Source: the human T2T-CHM13v2.0 reference genome, Homo sapiens. Taken from it: a stretch of 64,000 nt of DNA. Shown piece by piece: positions 27,840-42,168 of this stretch. Each line of letters starts with the position of its first letter. Position 1 is the stretch's first letter. The DNA lies in the NCBI RefSeq assembly GCF_009914755.1, contig NC_060938.1; one strand, given 5' to 3'. Under the pieces are notes generated by a model, which searched no databases, was not told the origin of the DNA, and worked only from the letters and a program-made list of their open reading frames with translations. A program made the position numbers and the translations under genes.

Positions 27840-28147
27840 TAGAAGGAGGAAGGGAGGGAAGAAGAAGAAAGAGAAGATGTTGGAGAGGGAAGAGAGAGAA
27901 GAAGGAAAGAGAGGATGAAGAGGAGAAGGAGGAAGAGGAGGAAGAGAAAGGGGAAAAGGAGGAAAGAGAAAGAGAGAAGAACAAGGAGGAGGTAAGAAGG
28001 AGGATAGGGAGGAGGAAGAGAAAAAGAAGGAGAAGAAGAGGAGGAGGAAAGAGAGAGAGGGAGAGGAGGAAAGAGAGAGAGGGAAAGGAGGAAAGAGAGA
28101 GAGGGAGAGGAGGAAAGAGAGAGAGGGAAAGGAGGAGGAGGAGGAGA
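27840..28147. repeat. ~300-bp GA-rich polypurine tract
   Basis: Nearly pure purine; sub-repeat gaggaggaaagagagagaggga near 28041-28130. Confidence 0.95.
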
Positions 28148-28612
28148 TGCCCAACGGAGCCCCAGCAGTTCCAGGTTCCAGCCCAGGTGCCAGAGAGCCA
28201 GTGAAGAAGCCCTTGAATGACCTCAGCCCCATCACCACCTGACTGTCACTGCATGAGACACCATGAGTGATCACTTCCAGTTCGGCCCAGTCAGCCCTAG
28301 ATCTGCGAGCCCAAGGTGATGGAAAACAGGCCTATCGGCACCCCCTTACTGAACACCTTGCAGGTGCCCAGAGGGTGGGGAGCATGCCACTGGGCCAGGG
28401 CTCAGTCTTCCCAGGCTTCTCTTGGGAAATCCTAGCCCCAACCAGAAGCATTCTGTCCTCCTCTCTGGGCTCCCTAGGTACAAATGTATATATATTTTCT
28501 ATCCAAAAATCTACTTTCTTGTAATTTTATTTTTTCTACAAAGTATTTATTGTAGACATATAAGAAGATATCAAAAGCATGAAAAAGGAAACAAAAGTCA
28601 CTCATATTCTCA

Positions 28613-28963
<351 letters not shown>

Positions 28964-30702
28964 TTACATGAATGAGATTCCACTGTGCCTATTTTTAACC
29001 CGATTTTTTTCATTTGACAATATATTGTGAAGGTCTGTCAAAATATACTCTTCCAGCTTTTTGTTTTGAATGAAGAACATTTCTTTCTATGAATATGCAG
29101 TAGTCTTCCTTTTGTCCAATGTCTCAGCAGCTGCTTAATTAATAGAAAAAGCTGATAAGATTTTGGAATCCTGGACAATTTCACATATGTACCTTAGGCA
29201 TTTTAGTTCCAATGAAAGCATAAAAAAATGCATATTCACTCACCAGTCTTTTGCACAGAGCACAGGACTTGCTAGCTGGAGTGCTAGCTCTTTGTCTCAC
29301 CTAAACCACACCCATGATGGCACCATCTACATCTCCAGTTTCTGTGTCTTTAATGTGGAGTGAGTACTTAAAGATACAGCCAAGCAATTCTGGTGTAAAA
29401 TCCTCATAATTTTCCCCACTCATTTATAGCTGTTTCACCCACATCTCATTCTGCAGCAATTCTTTGGCAACTTTCCATTTATGAAGTCTTTCCTAGGCAT
29501 TTAACACAGTTTTCATAGAAACACATATTCTCTCTGCATGCACACTTCATCAGTTTGCATAATATTTAGTTATATTATGAGATAAAATTAATGCATACAG
29601 CTGCCATAAACTACTTTGGAGGCAAAGCCAACAGACTCACTAAACTCACACCTCAGCAGTCGGGAGCTGGAGTATTGAGTACCCTTATATGCACAGGCAC
29701 ACCGGCAGGGCCATGGCCTCAGTCACCAGGTTTTACAGAGGAAGAGGAGTCTGGTTCAGTTAGGTAGGTTGAGAGAGCTTTCACCTTCCCAGGATTCATT
29801 CAGCCCTGTGATGGAGAGTTTGGTAGTTTCCTATTATATTTTTCTGTTGTGAACAATGCTCCGCCGAATGTTCTTGTTACTAACTTCTTGATGTTGTAAT
29901 ATTTGGAACAAAATTGAGTATTTCTTGGAATGAATAAATGTGTAGCAGTCGAGATACAGAGACCAGTGGTCTGCATGCTTTTAAAGGTTGTGATAAGATT
30001 TGTCAAATGGTCCTGCACACAGCACCTATCAGCACTAGGCATGAGTGTTTTCCCATCCCCTTCTCAACTCTGGATAGCAAGGAAGAGTTGCATCATACAT
30101 AACTTCAGGAAATTCAACTCTATGTGTTCAGCAACTCCTCCACAAAAAGACAAAAAAGCACAAACATTTATAGTACAAGCAGTTGAAGTATTGACTTCGA
30201 CTGCTGCTCCAACCTTGTTGGAAAGACAGCCTGTGGTGACTTACTAAGAGATGCGGCAGGGACGGTCTGTGCAGTTTGTCACTAAGGTGTCCGTGTCCTA
30301 TCCACAGAGGTCCTTTGGGTCTGGGTGCTTTCCCCACGACTGCGGGGTTACAGTAACATTCCTGCTTAATTTCACAAGCCAGCCCTCTCCTCTCTGAGGT
30401 CTTGCTGGATCTACCAGAAAGCAGACTGCTGGGTCCCCTGTGTCAGAACCTCCCAGTGCCTATAACCTCATCACCTCACCTCCATTTTCCCACCCCACAG
30501 TCTGGGGAATTCTTGCTTAATCTTTAGGGAAAGCCTCCCTTTTCCCAAAATGTGGTCTCCTATCTAGGGCTTCAGGCTCTTAGGAACCAAAGCCAGGAGG
30601 AGGCTCCTGGGGTGTTGTCAGAGCCCTCCTGGGATAGACTGGCTGATTGAATGAGGAGAAGGGCAATGAAGGAAAATGTCGGCAGAAAGAAAGTTATGAT
30701 TA

Positions 30703-31010
<308 letters not shown>

Positions 31011-31925
31011 AATCTTAGCCCACAACTCTTAGCTCCCAGCAAGCTCCAAATGTGGTCCACTCCTGTAAGACATTTAGCCTCTTCATGGGAGGTAGCAGTG
31101 TTACTGTATTATCACTTGGAACTCATTATTTTCAGTGGTCTAAAATAAATTTAGAATAATATGTAAAGCAATCTTTCACTCAGATAATAATTACTCACCA
31201 GATTATATTATCCACAGGCTTTATTGCTTTGAACTTATGATAAAACAAACACGACTTGAATTCTTATGGGTTTTCACGTCATATAGGGACGCTGAACAGA
31301 GCTCCACTTGATTCAGTAAAATTATCGTGCCTACCTACTGCATGCAGGAATCTGGGCTAGATCTGGTGGGGGCTACAGAGATGAAAGGACGCTGTCTTTA
31401 CCCTAAAGAGTATGTGAATTTATCTTACTAATTAGATTAATGAAGAGAAGTCAGTTGAAACTATTAAATGTTAAAAGATTAAATTTTTGGAGAAAATATG
31501 CAATTAAAGTACTTTTTAAAGAAAATAAACAGAGTATGACCATCTGGTTTTCTGCTTGTCCCAACCATGGAGTCCGCAAGCCAATGGTCTAGGACAGCTT
31601 CCAAAAGAGAAATCTTGATTATTTTGCTATTGCATCTTCCATCTTCAGCAGCCAGGTAAGACAGGTGGCATTTCACAAAGGGGACACAGACAAATATTGC
31701 ATCCACCCCTGCAGGTATTCTAAGTTCCAATTTGGAGCAGGTCAGACCATCTGGGGTACATACTTCTATGTCATTAGTTGTGCCTTTGCACGAATGTCTT
31801 CATGGAATTGAAAGAATATTGGGAATGTGTTTGGAGCCAGGCTCCTCATTCCAGCTGCTTTGACTACTGGCTGTATAATCTTGGGTTAAAAAAAACCCAG
31901 TACCTCCTTGAAAAACATTCCTGAG

Positions 31926-32240
<315 letters not shown>

Positions 32241-32974
32241 ATCCCTGAGTTCTGCCTCTGCTGGAAATGAATCATTCCCTCCTCTGTGTTGAAGTTTGCG
32301 TTACTGCGATGCTTATATCTTGCCTTGCACATTTATTTGTTCACTGGTTTGTCTTCTCCTCTTAAGCACTTTGGCAGCAGGGAGCATGGCTGAATGGTAC
32401 TTTATCCCCAGGACATAGCACAGAGCCTGGCATGTGGTGGATGTGTTAGGAGGCACACATAGAGCCGATGCTCTGCAGAAGCTGCCACAAGTGTTGGGCA
32501 AAACTGCCAGCGACCTACCCAACTGTGGCATGACCTCTCATAGTACCATCTATTATTAAAGAGCTCAGACTAATGGGGAGGCAGTGAAACGGAACCAGAT
32601 TCTATCCTCAACCCCATTATCTTTCTTTAACTCACCAGTAATGTGATTCTCAATGTTGGTCCTGCCCAGTCCCTCCAAAGAGGAAGCGTCCCTGGTAGAG
32701 AGTCTACCTGGGCACCAGAGGGTTGCGGTTAACAAGCACCTCACTTTTTTTGTCCTCTTCTATATCTTGTCAGTGGGAGAATGCTAAAAGTGTATAGGCA
32801 GAGAACCTTGGCAGTTGGGTTTGTATAAGGCTGAGTATGTCCTGTTTTTAAGGTTCATAGGCTCTAGGCTTATTATTTAAAAAATAGGGGTGGCCTTTCA
32901 TATTCCCATCCACATCCATTCTGTGTAGCCAAAAATTACTCTTTAAGTGTTCTGGATCGAGACCTAACCTCCCT

Positions 32975-33847
32975 GCAGTGCATTGAATGGTAGCCTCCAA
33001 AAAGATATGTCCATATCCTAATCCCAGAACTTGTGAATGTGACTTTATTTGGAAAATGGGTGTTAAAACATGTACTTAAGTTAAAAATCTTGACATGAGA
33101 TTATCCTGGATCATCCGGATGAACCCTACATTCAATTGTTGCCAAACTTGACACACAGGAAGCCAATCACTGAGACAATAAGTTTTGCCCAGGAAGAAAG
33201 GCTTTATTGTGAATGACGTCAGCTGGAAAATAGGACTCAAGTCTCAGATCTATCCTTACAACTGACTAAAGTTAGGGGGGTTATATAAAACAGGAATTAG
33301 GGAGGCACAAGGAAAACAAGTTGATCACAGACAGGAGGTGGTCGAATGAGGGGTTGTGTGGCATCTCACTGTCTGGATGTGGTGATCTGGAAAGTTTCAG
33401 TTCCTTGATACTATCTGGGAGACCTGATGGTCAGTTTCCACAGAAAGGAACTCAGATAAGACAAATGTTGTTTCTCAAGCTTTAAGACTAAGAGGGTCAA
33501 TTTCAATGTTTATTCCAAACAACAACAACAACAACAACACAAGTTATATGGGGAAATTGGGCTGGTTTCACAATCACAAGTGTCCTTATAATAGAAAACA
33601 AAGAGAGAAGACACACAGAGGAGAAGGTGTTGTGAAGATGGAGGAGAGATTGGAAGGATGTCACTACACCAGATGCTGGAAAGGCAAGGAATAGATGGTC
33701 CCATAGAGACTTTGGAGGGAGTGTGGCCCTGCCAACACCCTGATTTTAGACTTCTGGCCTCAAAAACTGGGAGGGAATGTATTTTCGTTGTTTTAAGCCA
33801 CCAAGTTTGTATTGATTGGTTATGATAACCCTAGGAAGTAAATGCAC
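32975..33847 (+). mobile_element. MLT1C/D-type MaLR LTR interrupted by LOR1
   Basis: aaaagatatgtccatatccctaatcccagaacttgtgaatgtgac... resumes at caatcacaagtgtccttata...ttttaagccaccaagtttgt. Confidence 0.8.
33137..33570 (-). mobile_element. LOR1-like ERV1 solo LTR
   Basis: Minus strand begins tgaaaccagcccaatttccccata; 4-bp TSD caat (33133-33136 / 33571-33574), the TSD length typical of ERV1. Confidence 0.78.
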
Positions 33848-35800
33848 TTTGCAAGTTTCAGTTTTCTTAGCTGTAAGATGAGAATAATAATAGTTTCCAC
33901 CAGATTTATTGTATGGGTTTCATGATAAAGTACACATAAAACTGCCCAGAGCAGTGGCTTTCACAGTGGGCCCTCAATATATGGCAGCCACTGGACTCTT
34001 ATGCTGTGTTTTTGGCATTTCTGGAAGGTGATTTGAAGACCTGCATTTGGTGACTTCACATGAACCTGGATTTCCCTCTCAGTGTCAACCTGACAGAGAA
34101 ATATTTGATGAAGAAGAACAAAGAAGTGAAAGATCACATGAAAGAGACAAAACCTTCTCAGGTCAGTAGGATGTGAGTTATCCTGATTGACTGTAGTGAC
34201 ATCATCAAAGAGAGTTGCAACCCAAAGGGTTTGGGGCAGCCACAGGAGCCTAGAAAGAGGAGAGCAAAGGGGCAAATGTTGGCCGTGCCCATTCAGACAC
34301 TGTCCAGGGAAGAAGAATCTTAGCCAAAAGATTCTGTGATTTCCAATCTCTAGGCAAAACTATCACATCTATGTGGTTAATGGGTATTAGCTCAATGCCC
34401 TTACATAGTTTGTGTATCACTTAACTTTCCTTGTTTTCAAAGCAAACTTCGGATTTGCATGTAGATCTGCCTTGAGAGGAAAATGAACTAACTGTAGGGG
34501 TTTTGATGCCTCTGATAGAGATTTCTCATGACAGGTCCTAAGTGTGGACCATCAGAAGATTTGGCTTCCCACGTGTCTTCCTAGAGGTAGAAAATGTACA
34601 GATGGTGCCAGTGAAGGCACCCGTGGTCTTCCTAACAGCTATCTTGTTGCTGGTGCTTGTTTCAATCTCTGTGCATTTCCATTAAGCTGAGCCAGTCCAG
34701 GACTTAATCATGCCTGGCATCAAAGTCTCCCTGGCCGATGAAGCCTTTGTTGGTGCATGGGCGGCACCACTATGATATTTCTGGTTCATCCCTCCTACTG
34801 ATCTCCACAGAAGCACTTTTTACACTCCCTGCAGAGCTTATCAAGAACATTCAATTACGTCTTTCACTGTTTCCAATACTCATGGTGACTACGTTTTCTA
34901 AAACAGAAATTGGACATGCGTGGGTGAGTATTTGTATAGAGAACAATGGGATAGAATATTTAATAATGAGAGTAATTTAAAAAATTCAGCACATGTGGCT
35001 ATTATTTTTATATGTGGTCCCAGTGAGAGAAACATTATAGAATTTAATTCTGGGGAAAACATTGTCTCTACTGAGGAATTGATATATTTGCTTCTTTAGT
35101 AAAAATATCTCTTTCCCTTTTGTCCTGGTTAACTAGAAGCTCAATGTTAAATCTGTTATTTAATCATAGAGACTGCATAAATTCTTGCACGTTCTTTACT
35201 CCTAATTTTCTATTTCTTCCACTCTGATTCTACCACAATTTCAGCTGCTCAGGAGGATGGCTATCTATTCATGGCAAGGGCTGGTTGGGTCTACTCTGCA
35301 TCCATTATCTTCTTTTCCTTTATTAAGAAAAGCTCCCTTGGAGCAAGGTATGGTCACATGAATAAATTTTGGCCAATGAGCTATAAGTGTCAGTTTTGTG
35401 TGGGATTTCTAGGGAGGTTGTTTAAAGTGTGCTGACTCATTCATTGCAGGAGTACCCATTTGTCTTTCCTCTTTTTCTCCTACCTATTGACTGGGTAGCA
35501 CACTGGCATACCAGCAGTCATCTTGGACTAGGAGGTGTCCCAAAAGATGGAAGCCAGCATGAGGATGATGGAGCCAAACAATGTTTCCCCGGGTCCTTAG
35601 TGTCTGGAGAGTCACCCTGTTAGTTCTGGACTGCCTAGCTTGAGGCTTCTCTTAGGTGAGGCAGAAATAAACTTTCACTTTATTGAAGTCACTATTGTTT
35701 GGGGCTTTCTCATAAAATTGCTATACTATCTTTTTGCAGCACTTCCCAGGACTCTTCAAAATGAATTTCACACTCATCACATATTTTAAGATAGACCATC

Positions 35801-36210
35801 TGTATTAGCCCGTTCTCACATTGCTATAAAGAAATACCTGAGACTGGGTAATTTATAAAGAAAAGAGGTTTAATTGGCTCACAGTTCCATAGGCTGTACA
35901 GGAAGCATGATGCTGGCATCTGCTTGGCTTCTGGGGAGGCCTCAGGAAACTTACAATCATGATGGAAGGCAGAGAGGAAGCAGTCACTTCTCACATGGCC
36001 AAAGCAGGAGCAAGATAGAGAAGGGGGAGGTGCTATATACTTTTATAAACAACTGGATCTCATGAGAGATCACTCACTGTAATGAGAACAGCACCAAGGT
36101 GGAGATCATGGAAATCACCCTCAGTCACCTCCCACCAGGCCCCACCTCCAACATTGGGGATTACAATTCAACATGAGAGTTGGGCGGGGACACAAATCCA
36201 AACCATATCA
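35801..36210 (-). mobile_element. MSTA-type MaLR solo LTR
   Basis: tgtattagcccgttctcacattgctataaag...ccaaaccatatca; TSD ccatc/ccacc. Confidence 0.9.
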
Positions 36211-38949
36211 CCACCCCCAAAATATCCTCCAAATTTAGTGAAAATCTGTTTCAATATTTCTGTGTGATTTTAATTTTATCTATGTAAATATGCCCCTTTT
36301 TGTAGGCTGGCTTAAATCCTTTTTTTGTAAGTGCATAGAGTACAAATAAATAAGTAACAGTAAGCAAAGTAGAAAAATATTGTCAAGAGGTGATCTCCAT
36401 CCATTTTCTTTAATGAAAATATTAACCATTTTGAAATTAGCATAGCACTTGTGTGGAAAAGAAAGTATCTAATGAATATTTATTATATCTTGTATATAGA
36501 CTCTTCCCATAAGACCTTATTTGTATCATTCACCTGCAGAGAAAAATCACTTTTTCATAGATTAAACCAAGACAAAGACCAGATCACTCTCTGTCCAAAG
36601 TGTCATAAATTCTGTATTAGTGAGTTAATGAGATTTAATGAAATCCAAATTAAGTCTTATAGTACTTTGGAAAGAATCCTTCTTTCCTCCCAACCCTAGG
36701 TCTTTCCTCCCCTCTTCAAAGGGAGCATTAATGTGAAGCAATAAATCCCAGCATGGATCATGATTAAATTTCATAAATTAAACAGAAATACTTTTGCAAA
36801 ATGGTAAATTCAATCAGTGAAACAGATATTTTTCTTTCTCAGCCAAACTAAAGGCCAAATGTTTCCAGATCTTGGCAAAATGACTACATTTTCATTCTTC
36901 CTAGAAGTATTATGTTTTTAAATACCTTCAAGACTAAATTGCAAAATGATAACTCCTGCCTTTAAAAACAAGGCGTCATGCTGTCTTTCTGTTCCTCCTA
37001 CTTCCTCCTTTCCCCAACACATACCCATACAGACTTGGTGGATATTTGGGCAACACTGAAGAATAATCATGGCTTTGAGTGTAGAATGGGAGAAAGTAGC
37101 TTTCAAAATCTGGATTCTCTAAGTGAGAAGCACCGGCTTGGAAATAATTTCTAGTCACTATAGGTTTTCCAGTGTCTTGGCAATAAGAAACAGCAGCTTG
37201 CTGGCAGCATTTTAAATGACCTACATTTTTGTGGAAAGCCACGTGGTTCATCCCAGCAGGACTAGAAAGGGGAAAGATGGCTTTGGCACTGATTGTTGAT
37301 CAGGACAACAGACTTCAGATCCTTCCTGCTTGGCTTCTCTATCTCACCATCTGCATAACTGCTGATTCACTAGGCAGGTGTCTCTCCTGCTGCTGGAAGG
37401 GACATTTGTTCCCTATAATTTGCCACTTTTCCAAGTGGTTAAGGGAAATTGGACTCAATGCTGGAAACCAAAGGCAAGTAAGTCTGGGAATGATGTGAGT
37501 GAGCTAATGCCAGCCTTTACCCTCATAAATGCCATTAATGGAGTCAAGGCTCAAATGGTGAATGGCTTTCCAGCTAACTTAGAGTGGATGCCTACAGGAA
37601 AAACAACATCTGTCATGAAATTTTTGGAAAGGCTCTGATTTAGATGTGGCATCTTGTTGTCCCTGTATTTATCAGATTATGCATTTTGAATTCTGGTTTG
37701 AAGAACAGTGTTATATACTGAAGGTTGAACTATATTTCTCAGAGAATGTGTCTTCAAAGTATGTCTAAGTAATTATAATTCAGCAGTGAGGAGTCTGGAA
37801 GGCATAATGCCCACATATTTCCAAAAAGAGCTCAGAAACAAGAGTGCCTTACACTCAGCAGGGCCTAAGACACTACTTGTTACGCTACTTGTTGCTCTCT
37901 CCTCTTCACCTCTGTTCTACTTCTGGTGCTGTGCCTCCTCCCGACCACCAGACACAGGTGTGTGCGTGACTCAAGATGAGCCCATCAGAGTACCTCAAAC
38001 CCCTGGACACAGTGACTGGACTTAGAGATGATCAAATTGGGATGGAGCCTTTGCCTATTGCATGAAGAAGCCATTCATTCATTCATTCTTAAAATATTTA
38101 CAAGGTCTCCACCTATATATAGGTACTTTTCTATCTGGGGAAGTAGCAATGAACAAGACAGATGCAACTCCCTCTTTCTAGGGAGTTTACATGATGCAGC
38201 GGGTGGGAAGTAGGAAAGCAGGTAACAAACAAGTAAATAAACAAGATGATTTGTGAGAGTGTTAAGTGTAATGCAGATGTAAGCCCATGAGTGATAGCAT
38301 ACTAGGCTAACACTCAACAAGAAGTGGAAACAGAATGGGGAGGAGACCCTATTGGTACTGGAGAAGGCTCTAGCTGTTCCGCAAGGCCAACCCCACCCCT
38401 GCTCTTCCTGGGTTTTTATATCATGAGCCAATGAATCTCCCTTTGGGGCCAAGGCCAGATCAAAGCTTTGGTTCATACATTTCATATCCACTATTCAATA
38501 CCCCCAAGACCCTGGCTTAAGAATGGCCATTAGGTTAGTCAGGAAATCTGTGCTGACTTGGCACTGTGCTAGGTGCTGTGATGGATACAAGGATGAACCG
38601 GTTATGCTCCTTCCCCTCAAAGAACTTTTAGAAGCCACCAGGGGCTGGGGAGTGGGAACGAATGCACATGAACAATGCCAACCTGTGATTGTGTGGGCCA
38701 GATACGAACGACTCTTTGGAGAAGGCTCTGGATTTGAGAAAGAATTTGACCTAATTCTCATTAAATTCCCATTGTTGAATAAGAGAACTCTGAAACATAG
38801 AGAAATGTAAGTAAGATCTCTGATTAAAAAATATTCATTAAGAAAATATATTGTTTATTCATTAATTAATTGGTTGATTAAGGGTAACTATGAGGAAGAC
38901 TGGCAGGGGAAAGAGACTAGGATAAAAATTTAACAGGTCTAGGAAATGG

Positions 38950-39400
38950 GAGAAAAGCCCATTCTTGTCTCTGTCTATGCTCTGTCCCTTGGTGATTTTA
39001 TCCAGTCCTAAAGCTTTAATCGCATCCCGTATGCTGATGATTCCCACACTTGGATCTTCAACCCAGAGCTGTCCTCTATGCTCTAGACTTCTACATCCAA
39101 CTTTCTTGACCTTTCCACCTGAAGCTCAAGATTCATCTATTAAAAATTGAACTCTTGATTCTATACCCACCCCCAAACTACTTCTCCCTAGTAGCCTTCT
39201 TTCTCAGTAAATACTTCTGTTATCCACAAGGTTGTAGAGACCAGAAGCCTGGGAGTCTTTCTCCATTCATCTCCCTCTGTCATCTTCCATTTCCAAATCT
39301 CAAAACTGTTTCTTGAGTCCATCTCCATATGCATCACCCAAGTCCAAGCCATGATCATCTTTCAAGTGAACCATGGCACAAGTCCCTCAACTCATCAGAG
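38950..39400 (+). mobile_element. L2 fragment (partly within the left inverted-repeat arm)
   Basis: cccttggtgattttatccagtcc...tgctgatgattccca...aattgaactcttgatt...ccagaagcctgggagtc. Confidence 0.65.
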
Positions 39401-39661
39401 GTGGAGTGAGCTTCCTTGGATCTACTTGAATCTTCAAGTGAGACAGGGAAGAAGATCTTGGAAACTGGGAAATGGTTCATCATACATTCATCACTGACCC
39501 AAGGAAGTCACAGACTCTAATGCATTCCTAGACCAAATGGAATTATCACTTAGATTTCCCCCTGCTTTTTGTGATTTGTGATGTGACCGTTTCTTGTTAG
39601 CACACATATGGTTAGAGTTGAGAATTCTTCGTGAAATGTTAATATTGGAAAACACTTTGAG
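39009..39661 (+). repeat. Left arm of a ~650-bp inverted duplication
   Basis: Reverse complement of 41396-42050; roughly 90% identical by eye. Confidence 0.95.
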
Positions 39662-39857
39662 GTCACCCAGACCAATTACTTCATGGTACCAGTGTGGAAA
39701 CTAAGGTGAAAAGAGGTAAAATGGCTTGCCTGAAATCGCCCTGATTAATTAGTTGTATATATAAAATGCCTCATTACAAAACGGATTTGAGATACTTTAT
39801 CTGCAATCCAAAAGACTAGATGCATAATGTCATAACTATTATTTCTACAAATAAGAC

Positions 39858-40300
<443 letters not shown>

Positions 40301-40726
40301 TAAAAATGGAACCATTTTTCCCCTGCATACCTCACTTTAGATGAGTGCCCCTGGATATGGCTAAGATTTCTTTTAGAAAACATCTCTGGCCCAATACTAC
40401 ACTGGACAAATGTATGGTTAGAGCCTTGGTTTTCTACTATGGAAAAGAGCTGTGGCCATTTTAGTTTAAGAATGTTCAAATTAGCACTATCTGAGCCATA
40501 AAAACAAAGCACCCATTGAATGTCTAACGTTAAGCAGTTAAATCCTGCAAGATAAACTAATTGCAAAATTTGTGAATGTGTAAATAAATGAATTGGCTTT
40601 CTGTTTGATGTGTAGTCCTATAAACCAGTTAAAGATTGGAGGGCATTTTCTCAAAACGAGAAGTTTTATTTTGGAGTGGTCATTTTATGTCATTATTTCC
40701 CACTTCTTTGTCCATGGGACAAATAA

Positions 40727-40880
40727 TTAGCTAAGCGTGTTAGTGCTCTTCTGTTGTCTCAGCTGCTCGAGAAGCTGAGGTGAGCAGATGGTTTGAGCCC
40801 AGGAGTTTGAGGCTGCAGTGAGCTATGATTGTGCCACTGTACTCTAGCCTGGGTGAAAGGGCAAGAACAATGTCTGTCTG
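40727..40880 (+). mobile_element. Alu right-monomer fragment (J/FRAM-like)
   Basis: tttgagcccaggagtttgaggctgcagtgagctatgattgtgccactg. Confidence 0.8.
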
Positions 40881-40897
40881 AAAGAAAGAAAGAAGGA

Positions 40898-40941
<44 letters not shown>

Positions 40942-40990
40942 CAGACAGAGAGAGAGAGAGAGAGAGAAAGAAAAAGAAAGAAAGAAAGAA
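40880..40990. repeat. (GAAA)n/(GA)n microsatellite from the Alu tail
   Basis: Read directly. Confidence 0.95.
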
Positions 40991-41395
40991 GTGTGTAGGA
41001 GAAAGACCTCTGTTTATTAATGTATTACCTTTCTTCTAGATGGGAGGACACCAAGCAGAGATTTTGTCTTGTTCAACTTTGTCACTCCAAGATTGCTGAA
41101 TTGATAATAAAGGTCCTGCATTATCCAGTTAATTAGCTTTAGTCTTGACTTTGACTAGAGCTTGCTTAGTGTCTAGCATGAGTTTGATATGCTCTCATCC
41201 CTCATCCCAAACTTCTATACGCTGATAACAAGATTTTATTGTCATAAACTGAGTGAGTAGGATAGACAATCAACCCCTTAAAATAAAATATGAATATTCA
41301 TTGAGAACTATGATAAATGCTTTATGTGAACTATCTCATCTCCTTCTCCCAACAACTCTGTGACACAGGTATTATTATAGACTCATCATACAGAT

Positions 41396-42050
41396 CTCAA
41401 AGTGTTTTCCAATACTAACATTTCACGAAGTATTCTCAACTCTAACCATATGTATGCTAACAAGAAACGGTCACATCACAAATCACAAAAAGCAGGGGGA
41501 AATCCAAGTGATAATTCCATTTGGTCTAGGAATGCATTAGAGTCTGTGACTTCCTTGGGTCAGTGATGAATGTATGATGAATGATTTCCCTGTTTCCACG
41601 ATCTCCTTCCCTGTCCCACTTGAAGATTCAAGTGATCCAAGGAAGCTCACTCCACCTCTGATGAGCGGAGGGACTCGTGCCATGGTTCACTTGAAAGATG
41701 ATCATGGCTTGGACTTCGGTGATGTGTATGGGGATGGACTCAAGAAACAGTTTTGAGATTTGGAAATGGAAGATAAGGGAGGGAGATGAATGGAGAAAGA
41801 CTCCCAGGCTTCTGGCCTCCACAACCTTGTGAATAACAGAAGTATTTACCTAGAGAGAAGGCTACTAGGGAGAAGTAGTTTATGGGGGAGGGTATAGAAT
41901 CAAGAGTTCAATTTTTAATAGATGAATCTTGAGCTTCAGGTGGAAAGGTCAAGAAGGTTGGATGTAGAAGTCTAGAGTGTGGAGGACCACCTCTGGGTTG
42001 AAGATCCAAGTTTGAGAACCATCAACATACAGGATGTAATTAAAGCTTTA
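41396..42050 (-). repeat. Right arm of the ~650-bp inverted duplication
   Basis: Starts ctcaaagtgttttccaa (RC of 39645-39661), ends attaaagcttta (RC of 39009-39020). Confidence 0.95.
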
Positions 42051-42051
42051 A

Positions 42052-42168
42052 TTGTTTATTTTTTATGTGTAGTGACAGAGTTTCTGTATGTTGCCCAGGC
42101 CTTAAGCAATCCTCCTGCCTCAGCTTCTCAAGTGCTGGGATTACAGGTGTGAGCCACTGTGCCCCACC
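42052..42168 (-). mobile_element. FLAM/Alu monomer fragment
   Basis: cttaagcaatcctcctgcctcagc...gtgctgggattacaggtgtgagccactg. Confidence 0.75.

Noticed and set aside
27675-28274. 199-aa minus-strand ORF, the longest in the window
   Set aside because: Translation of CT-rich and TA/TG low-complexity sequence.
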